A stretch of DNA of 64,000 nucleotides. It comes from Promethearchaeia archaeon (GTDB taxonomy: Archaea; Asgardarchaeota; Lokiarchaeia; Sigyniarchaeales; SOKP01). The position numbers were made by a program, and so were the translations under genes. Under the pieces are notes generated by a model that saw nothing but the letters and a program-made list of their open reading frames with translations, was not told where the DNA came from and ran no database searches. Numbering within the stretch: position 1 is the stretch's first letter; each line of letters opens with the position of its first letter. The stretch covers positions 32,001 to 96,000 of the forward strand of contig JAHQWK010000019.1 in assembly GCA_029856145.1 (NCBI GenBank), read 5' to 3'. Shown in pieces: positions 19,920 to 28,300 of the stretch.

Positions 19920-20830
19920 AAACGGCATTATTTAGTTCAGATTTGGAAGCATTAATATATCTCTTAATTATTGGGATAGGGTTTTACCTTTTAAATAAAG
20001 TAATTTCTGCGACAATTGGGAAAAGTAAAAAAGTATCTTTAAAGCAAAAAATCATCGTTAATTTTGCATTAAAAATTGTTACTGTTCTCGTAATAGTGTT
20101 CTTTATTATTGAGGGTTTTCCACTCGTTTCTTCAATTGATCCAACTGGAACTTACACAGCTGTACTTACTGGAGCAATTAGCACTGCGATTGCATTTGCA
20201 TCTAGCGGTATATTCGCAAACTTTATTTCAGGGATTGTTATAATGTTAATAAGACCTTTTGAAGTTGACGATTTGGTCAAAATTGAAGGAGATAAAGGAA
20301 TTGTACGAGAAATTAATTTAACAAAGATGAAAATAGAGACATTTGATAATATAATAATTGAAAAATCAAATGGTCAAGTTATTTCATCAAAGATAGTAAA
20401 TTATACTATCAAATTAGGTAAAAAGAAGTCTTTTAAAGATTTTAAAAGTAAGATCTTAGCCCCTCAGGATACTGGATTTAAAGGTATTTATGAAGATATT
20501 TTGAATTCTAAAAGGGAATTTGAAAGTACTTTAAAAAAGGCTTATGATTCCTTTTCAACTAAGTTCTATCCAAAATTATACAATTATACTTTCAGAATGG
20601 CTTTTCCTTATAATGGATATCGAGTAATGATGAATAAAGTTGCAGAACTTTGTAATTATTATAATGAGAAAAATATTTTCAGGATAAAACCACAATTTGA
20701 TGTAGTCGATTTAAATATAAGTATTATTGTGAAATTTCGATTATTAACATTTGATGCACAAAAAATATTTGATTTTCAACCTAAATTTGCTGAAGATGTA
20801 TATAAAATAATTTATAAATATAAAATTTAA
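19916..20830 (+). CDS. MscS-family protein
   Basis: AFAS..IFANFISG, RPFEVDDLVKIEG..G.V.EI; overlaps previous stop codon. Confidence 0.8.
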   Translation: MKTALFSSDLEALIYLLIIGIGFYLLNKVISATIGKSKKVSLKQKIIVNFALKIVTVLVIVFFIIEGFPLVSSIDPTGTYTAVLTGAISTAIAFASSGIFANFISGIVIMLIRPFEVDDLVKIEGDKGIVREINLTKMKIETFDNIIIEKSNGQVISSKIVNYTIKLGKKKSFKDFKSKILAPQDTGFKGIYEDILNSKREFESTLKKAYDSFSTKFYPKLYNYTFRMAFPYNGYRVMMNKVAELCNYYNEKNIFRIKPQFDVVDLNISIIVKFRLLTFDAQKIFDFQPKFAEDVYKIIYKYKI

Positions 20831-20963
20831 GAATTTGACTCTATTTAATTATAATTAACACAGATTAAATAAAAAGGATTTTTTTAGAGATGTCTAAATT
20901 TTTAAATAATTTTATACTGAAATACACTATAAAAAATTTTTTTAATATTATGGAGGTAAAAAA

Positions 20964-21518
20964 ATGAAGGAAGATGTAAAACAAAAAATTTTAACATCAT
21001 CAAATATCATATTTGGCGCATTGATTATTATTTTTTCTATAATTGTAATGACATTTACTGTTGCGGCTGTAATAACTCTACTATTTATACTTTCCATCGC
21101 GATAATTATTATTGGATTAGCAAGGCTGGTAAATGCGTATGCAAATGATGAACTTGATACAAGTGGGAAAATTGCCAAATTTATAACAGCCATTATTGCT
21201 CTAATTTTTGGGGTTATTGTTATTGTAAATACAGCAACATCTCCTACACTTACAGTTGAAATTTTAATAATTTTAGTTAATTCTTTATTATTAATCATTG
21301 GATTTGTGAGGATTTATATAGGATTGGCAACAAAAGAGTATTATAAAGGATATCGAGGTTTTTTAGTACTTTTTGGAATCGTTATGATCATATTATCGCT
21401 TTTAGTGTTCTTAAGTCCTACATTTGATAACACAACTTCTATCATAATAGTTGCAACAACAATGTTGCTAAGTGGAATTGCTCGTTTTGTACTGGGAATA
21501 ATAGGAATTAAAAAATAA
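20964..21518 (+). CDS. DUF308/HdeD-like membrane protein
   Basis: Six short TMs in repeated G...I...P pattern. Confidence 0.65.
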   Translation: MKEDVKQKILTSSNIIFGALIIIFSIIVMTFTVAAVITLLFILSIAIIIIGLARLVNAYANDELDTSGKIAKFITAIIALIFGVIVIVNTATSPTLTVEILIILVNSLLLIIGFVRIYIGLATKEYYKGYRGFLVLFGIVMIILSLLVFLSPTFDNTTSIIIVATTMLLSGIARFVLGIIGIKK

Positions 21519-21584
21519 CTTTCTTTTTTTTTTAAAAACTTATTAGATAATATTCTAGTAAATGCTTGTTAGCTTACTCAGTTG

Positions 21585-22580
21585 TTAATCCTTGAGAGCT
21601 TTTTTAGTTTTTTTTTTAGTTATTTTTACACCTAAACTTAATTGACCCGACTTCTCCTCAGGACCCTTCCAAAAAGGATAATTTTTTTCCAAAATTTTTA
21701 TTTTTTTAAGTTTAAATATCAAAATTGCCATAAAATTAATGGCAAGAATATTTGATCCTAAAAGGACAAAACTTCCAAATGATAAAAGTAAATTTCCATA
21801 AATTAGAGTTACTCCAATATTAACGGCAGGAGGCATCAACGATACAGCAATAGCGATCCCTACTAAAGAAGATTGTATTGTTCCCGTTATGGCAAATCCT
21901 ATAGCTAAACCTGCACCGATAGAAACGATCAAATCAAAAATCGTTGGAAAATTTCTACTCATCATTTCATTTGTTATAGAGGGTGAAACATAAATAAGGA
22001 TGGCTAAGCTAGCTAGTAAAACTCCAATTCCTATTGAGATAAGAACACTAAATAATTGTCCAAGTATTCCCTTTTCAACTAAGAGATAATTTTTGCTTAT
22101 TATTCCATATGAAACGCCCAGAATAGGACCCATTAATGGAGATATGATCATTGACCCGATAATGATCGCAGTAGAATTTAAAATAAGCCCTGCCCCTGCG
22201 ATAAAAGCAGCTATCATAATAAAGAGATAAAAATTAATATTCAATTCCATTCCTTCTTTTATTGAGGATTCGATTTCTTCTACGGATACTCTGCTTGATA
22301 GCTCTTCGGAAACCTCTATTTGATCCTCTTTTAACTCTGGAATCGTAGCTTGTAATTTTAATATATCTACTATCCCAAATTCAATTCCTACTCCAACTTC
22401 ATTAAGGACCTCAAGTACTCTAGGAACCATGTTCCTTTGACAACGAATAATGACCAATGAATTGTTAACTCCTTCTAATAAAATTATACTTTTAATATTA
22501 AGCTTCTCATTTATAGCAGTAATTAAGTTTTCAGTATGCCCTTTTGGTTCATTAGGAAGACTTATCTGAATTTGACTCAT
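21585..22580 (-). CDS. DUF389 (TIGR00341) membrane protein
   Basis: AGAGL..NS.AIIIGSMIISPLMGPI, GIAIAVSLMPPA; likely start ATG 22580. Confidence 0.85.
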   Translation of the reverse strand: MSQIQISLPNEPKGHTENLITAINEKLNIKSIILLEGVNNSLVIIRCQRNMVPRVLEVLNEVGVGIEFGIVDILKLQATIPELKEDQIEVSEELSSRVSVEEIESSIKEGMELNINFYLFIMIAAFIAGAGLILNSTAIIIGSMIISPLMGPILGVSYGIISKNYLLVEKGILGQLFSVLISIGIGVLLASLAILIYVSPSITNEMMSRNFPTIFDLIVSIGAGLAIGFAITGTIQSSLVGIAIAVSLMPPAVNIGVTLIYGNLLLSFGSFVLLGSNILAINFMAILIFKLKKIKILEKNYPFWKGPEEKSGQLSLGVKITKKKTKKALKD

Positions 22581-22771
22581 ATAACACACATCTATTTTTT
22601 TTGAAGGATTTTTTTATCAGATATTTTCATATAATTTTTTTTAAAAGTTGTATTAAATCTAGCAAAAGCCATTTAAATTCTTTTTCTAGATTTTATAAAA
22701 AAACTAAAAGACTCAAAAAATTAAAGACTATCCCTCTCTTATAAGAGATTTCGATAGAAGTTTTAGATTGT

Positions 22772-23872
22772 CTAATTATTAGCAGTTATTCTCGGAGGAG
22801 GTATAAAGACTCTTCTCATTTCTGTTCGGGCCAAATTAATGGCATTCTCGGGACATAAATGAGCACAAACACCACAACCTATACATCTTTCTTCATTAAC
22901 TTCTGCTATTGTGTCTATAAGTTCAACAGCCTCAGCTGCACAACTCTCTACACATGTTCCACATCCAGCACATAGATCTTTATCGATATGTGCTAGGTGA
23001 GAAGTATAATCCATTAAAGGAACTGCTCCTGTATAATGGAGTAAAAAAGTACCACAACAGCACTTGCAACAATTGCAAATACCATCAAGCTCTTTTTCTA
23101 TATCCAAGTTAGTATGGAAAGCCTTATGAACCAAACCCTCATCTTCAGCTTTTTTCATTATATCCAATGCTTCTTCTTTTGAAACTTTTTCAGAAAAACC
23201 GTGTGAGATAAGAAATTCTGCAGTTCTACCGAACGCAAAGCAATTCCTTCTTTCTTTTGTTGTTTCACAGGGTTCATCAAGAAGATCTTTTTTATGTCTA
23301 CAATAACAAGGCGATACTCCTATTGGATCATATTTATCAATGATTTTTGAGATTTCTTCTAATTGCAGAACTACTTCTTCCCTTACTTTAACTTCTTCTT
23401 CAACAGGAATAACTCTATCTAGAGATGGACCATTCCTATATTCTTGGACCATTTGATCGTAATTAGTTTGAGTGTCTTGAACTACTTGTTTATATAATCT
23501 TGAATATAATTTTGCTAAGTTTTTTGCTCTTTCATTCGTTTCACCACGCATTAATGTAAATTCAATAATTCCTGGAAGTAAGGGTGTTTTCCGATAAACC
23601 ATAACTCCTGTGCTTCTACTGGGTATACCAGTAATCACACCAATATTCATTAGGTCACTTAACATATTATTAAGTGCCTCCTCATCCATATCAGTTAAAG
23701 GTTTAATCTCGTCAATGTTATATGAACGTTTTCTAAGTAAAGTGATAAATTTCGCTTGTTCTTCTGTTAATAAAGTTTGCATTATTTCGATAATAATATC
23801 ACTTACCCGTATTGGCAACCTTCCTGCTTTTATAAAATTTCTTGCTACTTTATACCATAATTTTTCAGCCAT
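22772..23872 (-). CDS. 4Fe-4S binding protein with C-terminal dicluster ferredoxin domain
   Basis: PCYCR, ICNCCKCCC, CAGCGTCVESC, CIGCGVCAHLCP. Confidence 0.85.
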   Translation of the reverse strand: MAEKLWYKVARNFIKAGRLPIRVSDIIIEIMQTLLTEEQAKFITLLRKRSYNIDEIKPLTDMDEEALNNMLSDLMNIGVITGIPSRSTGVMVYRKTPLLPGIIEFTLMRGETNERAKNLAKLYSRLYKQVVQDTQTNYDQMVQEYRNGPSLDRVIPVEEEVKVREEVVLQLEEISKIIDKYDPIGVSPCYCRHKKDLLDEPCETTKERRNCFAFGRTAEFLISHGFSEKVSKEEALDIMKKAEDEGLVHKAFHTNLDIEKELDGICNCCKCCCGTFLLHYTGAVPLMDYTSHLAHIDKDLCAGCGTCVESCAAEAVELIDTIAEVNEERCIGCGVCAHLCPENAINLARTEMRRVFIPPPRITANN

Positions 23873-23991
23873 TATTAATCAATTTCTGGATTTTGATAAT
23901 TAATATAAAATTTTACTTTCTATAGTTAATTATTATAACTATATTTTACTAAATTACATAAATATAATTTGCTAATTAGCGTGATTTAAGA

Positions 23992-25668
23992 TTGTTTGAT
24001 AAAAATTATTTGGAAGAAGTCAGAGAAGAAAAAGAAAAATGGGATAAACTCTATGAAAGTTTGAAAGAGCGCGATGTAAAATTTGTTTCTGATTCTGAAA
24101 TCCCTATTAAAAACCTTTATACACCTTTAGATATAAAAGATAAAGATTATGTGAGTGATATCAGTTTTCCTGGAGTACCACCATATACGCGTGGTGTTTA
24201 CCCCTCTATGTATAGAGGAAGATTATGGACTATGCGATTATTTTCAGGTCATGGGACTCCTGAAGAAACTAATAAAAGATGGAAATTTCTCTATGAGAAT
24301 GGTGAAACTGGGTTTAGTGCTGCGGTTGATGCTTTAACCTTTAATGGGATTGATCCGACTAACAAAGATGGAGCAGCAGAAGTAGGAACGTCTGGAGTTC
24401 CTCTCTATTGTATTGATAGTCTTTTTGCTCTGACTGAAGATATTCCGATCGATAAAATTAGCGTAGCTTTAGTAGTAGAACCTTTCACAACCGCTCCTGT
24501 GTGTTCTATGTATTTTAATATGGCGCAAATGCGGGGGTATGATTTAAAACAATTGATGGGAACAACTCAAAATGATATCTTAACTATGACGGTAGGATAT
24601 ATTCCATATAAAAATAGTCCTCCTAACCATATACTTCGCTTAGCATGTGATTTCATTGAATGGACAGTAGCTATGAAAAATGTACCCAAATGGCATCCAA
24701 TAAATTTCACAGGATATAATTATAGAGAAGGAGGAATTGATGCCGTACAGGAATTAGGTTTTGTATTTGCGAGTGCATGTTCTCATATTGATAATTTAAT
24801 TGAAAGAGGATGGAAAGCGGATGATTTTGTTGGTCGTTTAGCATTTCACTTGTCGGCACATAAAGATTTTTTTGAAGAAATTGCAAAATTTAGAGCAGCA
24901 AGGAGAATTTGGTATAAATTAATGAAAGATAAGTATGAAGTCAAAGATCCAAGGAATCTGGGTTTTCGATTTCACGTTCAAACTGCAGGATCTTCTTTAA
25001 CAGCACAATCACCTAAAGTAAATATTGTAAGAACAGCAATCCAAGCATTAGAAGCGAATTTAGGTGGCTGTCAATCATTACACACTAATTCTTATGATGA
25101 AGCTATTTGTTTACCCTCAGAAGAAGCAGTATTGATCGCCTTGAGAACCCAACAGGTGATCTCAGATGAAACTAAAATCCATAATACTATAGACCCTTTT
25201 GCTGGGTCCTATTTTATTGAATGGTTAACAGATGAAGTTGAAGATAGAGTATGGAAATATATAGATAAAATTCAAAAAGCAGGCACTATTGATAAGACTC
25301 TATCATCAGGATTCTTATATAAAGAAATGAGAGATGCTTTTCATAAAAGAAGAATGCGTATGGAATCTGGCGATGAAATTATGTTAGGGGTTAATAAATA
25401 TCCCGTGCCATATGATACGGTGACTGATGTATTTAGAACTAATGAAGAAGCAATAAATATTGAAATTAGTCGAATTGAGAAATTAAAAGCTCGAAGAGAT
25501 AATGCAAAATTAGAGAAAATTTTAGATAAACTACGAAATGTTTGTGAAAAAGAAGAAAATGTAATGCCAATAATTATGGAAGCTACAAAAGAAGGAGCTA
25601 CTGTTGGGGAAGTATGTAATATCTATAGAGAAATATGGGGAACTTGGGATCCTCCATTAGCAATCTAA
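23992..25668 (+). CDS. Adenosylcobalamin-dependent acyl-CoA mutase, large (substrate-binding) subunit
   Basis: PG.PPYTRG.YP.MYRGRLWTMR, TQNDIL, FFEEIAKFRAARRIW, SLHTNSYDEA, ALRTQQ. Confidence 0.95.
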   Translation: MFDKNYLEEVREEKEKWDKLYESLKERDVKFVSDSEIPIKNLYTPLDIKDKDYVSDISFPGVPPYTRGVYPSMYRGRLWTMRLFSGHGTPEETNKRWKFLYENGETGFSAAVDALTFNGIDPTNKDGAAEVGTSGVPLYCIDSLFALTEDIPIDKISVALVVEPFTTAPVCSMYFNMAQMRGYDLKQLMGTTQNDILTMTVGYIPYKNSPPNHILRLACDFIEWTVAMKNVPKWHPINFTGYNYREGGIDAVQELGFVFASACSHIDNLIERGWKADDFVGRLAFHLSAHKDFFEEIAKFRAARRIWYKLMKDKYEVKDPRNLGFRFHVQTAGSSLTAQSPKVNIVRTAIQALEANLGGCQSLHTNSYDEAICLPSEEAVLIALRTQQVISDETKIHNTIDPFAGSYFIEWLTDEVEDRVWKYIDKIQKAGTIDKTLSSGFLYKEMRDAFHKRRMRMESGDEIMLGVNKYPVPYDTVTDVFRTNEEAINIEISRIEKLKARRDNAKLEKILDKLRNVCEKEENVMPIIMEATKEGATVGEVCNIYREIWGTWDPPLAI

Positions 25669-25685
25669 ATATTGAGGTGATAAAT

Positions 25686-26116
25686 ATGAGTGAGAAAAAA
25701 ATTAGAGTTTTGATGTCCAAGCCCGGCATAGATTTATTCTAAACTTATTAGGATATAATGCATACGGGCATTGGCGTGGTGGAATCGTAGTTTCAAGAGC
25801 TATTAGGGATGCTGGGATGGAGCTTATTTTCGGAGGATTTCAAAATGTAGAACAAATTGTTGAATCTGCAATTCAAGAAGACGTTGACGTTATAGGACTA
25901 AGTATTCATTCTGGTGCTCATTTTGCTTACACGCAGCAGGTTATTGATCTATTGAAAGAACGTGGAGTACTTGACGATGTTATGATACTTGTTGGCGGAA
26001 TAGTTCCTGCAAAGGACTTTCCTAAATTAAAAGAGATGGGGGTTGCAAACATCTATGGACCTGGAAGTATGACCTCAGATATCGTAGAGTTTATTAAAAC
26101 ACATGTCAAAAAATAA
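25686..26116 (+). CDS. Acyl-CoA mutase small (cobalamin-binding) subunit; two exons 25686-25731 and 25764-26116, 132 aa after splicing
   Basis: GAGGTGA RBS then MSEKKIRVLMSKPGID|GHWRGGIVVSRAIRDAGMELIF...EDVDVIGLSIHSGAH...VGGIVP; the frame is continuous only after removing 32 nt. Confidence 0.9.
25732..25763 (+). other. 32-nt bulge-helix-bulge (EndA-type) intron in a protein-coding gene
   Basis: Exon stem GCCCG 25721-25/CGGGC 25765-69; 4-bp helix GCAT 25726-29/ATGC 25758-61; 3-nt bulges AGA 25730-32 and ATA 25762-64; intron hairpin 25733-42/25748-57; contains in-frame TAA 25740-42. Confidence 0.88.
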
Positions 26117-26131
26117 AGGAGATAACTCGCA

Positions 26132-26174
26132 TCGGATATTGTCGATTTTATTAAACCTTATGTTAAAAAAATAA
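26132..26174 (+). pseudogene. Diverged second copy of the 3' end of the mutase small-subunit gene
   Basis: TCG GAT ATT GTC GAT TTT ATT AAA CCT TAT GTT AAA AAA (SDIVDFIKPYVKK) versus 26075-26113 TCA GAT ATC GTA GAG TTT ATT AAA ACA CAT GTC AAA AAA (SDIVEFIKTHVKK). Confidence 0.75.
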
Positions 26175-26244
26175 AAAAGACATGTAATATTTTTTTTTTC
26201 AAATTATAATTTTACTTCAATTTCTCATCGAGGAATGTATTTCA

Positions 26245-27222
26245 TTGAATATCGCATATAATATTGATACTTTAGTTAGTAAATTTAAACAAAAAAACAA
26301 AGTAGCGTTAGCAAAATTAATAACGATTATTGAAAATGAGCCAGAAAGAGCACATGAGATATTTAAACATTTTGAAGGTATCTCTCATGATTCCTATATT
26401 ATAGGTATAACAGGATCTCCTGGTGTTGGAAAGAGTACTTTAACTGGTGAAATATCTAAAAAATTATTAGAAGATGGAAAATCTGTTGGCATTATATGTG
26501 TCGATCCTACATCTCCTTTTAGTGGAGGTGCATTCTTAGGAGACAGGGTTCGTATGACAGATATATCACTGCATCCAAATATATTCTTACGAAGCCTCGC
26601 ATCAAGAGGGTATAAAGGCGGAATTTCAAGAGCAGTTTTTGATATTAGTTTATTATATGAAGCATACGGAATGGATGTAATCATTATTGAGACTGTTGGC
26701 GTTGGACAAGCTGAATTCGACATTTATAATCTTGCTTATTCTGTTGTAGTAGTTTTAGTTCCAGGATATGGTGATGCAATTCAAATGCAAAAAGCGGGGA
26801 TAATTGAGATTGGAGATATATACAATATAAATAAAAAAGATTTAGGTGGAGAAGATATTGCCGTTCAAATTGAAATGATGCTTGATGATACTGTTTTTAA
26901 AAGTGGGTGGAGACCACCAGTTTCTATGACTGATGCAATTTCAGGAGAAGGTGTAGAAGAACTTATCCAAAATATAAGGGATCATAAGGAACATATTGAA
27001 TTATCAGAAGCAATTAATGACAAAAAGAAAAATAGATTCACATATAAGATCAAGGAACTTATTTATTCAAAGATTGAAAAACTAATTTCAGAGAGTTTCA
27101 TTGATGAGAAAGAGATTAATGAAATTGTTAACCATGCGGTAGATGATGGTAAATTTAAAATTTATCGTACAATCCATAATAAATTCGAAGATGTGAATTT
27201 TGAAATAAAAAAGAAAAATTAA
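26245..27222 (+). CDS. meaB: Mutase-associated GTPase MeaB/ArgK
   Basis: GITGSPGVGKST, VDPTSPFSGGA.LGDRVRM, IETVGVGQAE, QMQKAGI.EI. Confidence 0.95.
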   Translation: MNIAYNIDTLVSKFKQKNKVALAKLITIIENEPERAHEIFKHFEGISHDSYIIGITGSPGVGKSTLTGEISKKLLEDGKSVGIICVDPTSPFSGGAFLGDRVRMTDISLHPNIFLRSLASRGYKGGISRAVFDISLLYEAYGMDVIIIETVGVGQAEFDIYNLAYSVVVVLVPGYGDAIQMQKAGIIEIGDIYNINKKDLGGEDIAVQIEMMLDDTVFKSGWRPPVSMTDAISGEGVEELIQNIRDHKEHIELSEAINDKKKNRFTYKIKELIYSKIEKLISESFIDEKEINEIVNHAVDDGKFKIYRTIHNKFEDVNFEIKKKN

Positions 27223-27360
27223 AGAATTTTATTTTAGCACTCAACTAATATCTTTTAATGAGTTTTGAGTGATAACAGAGAGTTCAATTGTAATTATAAA
27301 ATTAGAGACTTTTTAATTAATTATAACCTATTATACACATTTAAAGGTGATATAAGAATA

Positions 27361-27723
27361 GTGGTTGAATTCTGTCCTGAATGTGGAAATATGCTAAGGA
27401 AAAAATCTTGTAAGTGTGGATATAACAACCAAAATATTCATTCTAAGAATGTATCTAACATGTCCTTGAACGAAATATGGGATCCTCCCCCTCCTAAGAT
27501 CATTTATTGTAAACTAACGGCGACATCACACAATAAACTTGAAACCATGTTAAGTAAAAGAAAATATCCTGAAAAATTAAAGGATATAACTAAAAAACTA
27601 AAAAATCATCTCTTCTCTTGTTGCAATTGTGTCTACTATAATGAGGCGATATTTCATTGTCAAATTAAGAATAAATATTTAACAAAGGAATCTATTTGTA
27701 GAAGTTTTGAACCTTATGAGTAA
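27361..27723 (+). CDS. Zinc-ribbon protein (RpoM/TFS-like N-terminus)
   Basis: EFCPECGNML...CKCGY and C-terminal CCNC...C...C; likely start GTG 27361 after AGGTGA. Confidence 0.7.
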   Translation: MVEFCPECGNMLRKKSCKCGYNNQNIHSKNVSNMSLNEIWDPPPPKIIYCKLTATSHNKLETMLSKRKYPEKLKDITKKLKNHLFSCCNCVYYNEAIFHCQIKNKYLTKESICRSFEPYE

Positions 27724-27811
27724 CTTTAATTCCCGTATTAGAATAACAATTTGATAATAAAATCTTTAAATACTTGAAAATTCAAATTATATTAACTGCA
27801 ATCTCACATAA

Positions 27812-28300
27812 TTGGTGGCAGCTATAAATCAAATCGACCCCATAAAAAAGAACGATTTAAACATAAGAGCTGAGAATTTAATTAAAGATACAAAGATTCT
27901 CAACATTGCTAGATTGGCTAAAATGTTAGTTGATTTATATGGGCAAGTTGAGCCCTTTAAAAAGATAGGAAAACTTGAGGGTAAAGAAATTGAATTATAT
28001 TTAAAAGAATTAGATGGATATATAACATTTATCCTAACATCTGATAAGAACAATTTTACCTGTCATGCAGAGAAAGCTATAGATCCTGTCGCAAGAATTA
28101 TTATAAATGTTAAAGAAGAGAAAATCCTTAATGTGATAAGTAATATAATTCGTTCTAAGAGCAATATTTTTGGGTTAGCAAAACTTTTAAAATATATCAT
28201 TCCAGGAAAAGCTAAAATAAAAGGATCTTATGTTGCCGCTATTAAATTGATAAGATGTTTAATGATAGGTAAACATGAAATGTATAAAAAGAGTAAATGA
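27812..28300 (+). CDS. Hypothetical protein, possibly SCP2 lipid-binding fold
   Basis: C-terminal GKAKIKGS...AIKL resembles the SCP2 G.L.I.GD motif; lies in the acyl-CoA cluster. Confidence 0.5.
   Translation: MVAAINQIDPIKKNDLNIRAENLIKDTKILNIARLAKMLVDLYGQVEPFKKIGKLEGKEIELYLKELDGYITFILTSDKNNFTCHAEKAIDPVARIIINVKEEKILNVISNIIRSKSNIFGLAKLLKYIIPGKAKIKGSYVAAIKLIRCLMIGKHEMYKKSK

Noticed and set aside
22726-22757. Hairpin with palindrome TCTCTTATAAGAGA
   Set aside because: Single occurrence just past a stop codon; most simply a terminator-associated structure, no evidence for a MITE
25726-25764. GCATA direct repeat at both ends of the insert, read as a transposon target-site duplication
   Set aside because: Removing one repeat plus the interior deletes 34 nt, which loses the Asp and leaves the frame broken; only a 32-nt removal, as predicted by the BHB, restores the protein
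25817-26116. 99-aa ORF as the complete small subunit
   Set aside because: It lacks the D-x-H-x-x-G cobalt ligand motif, which lies upstream across the intron
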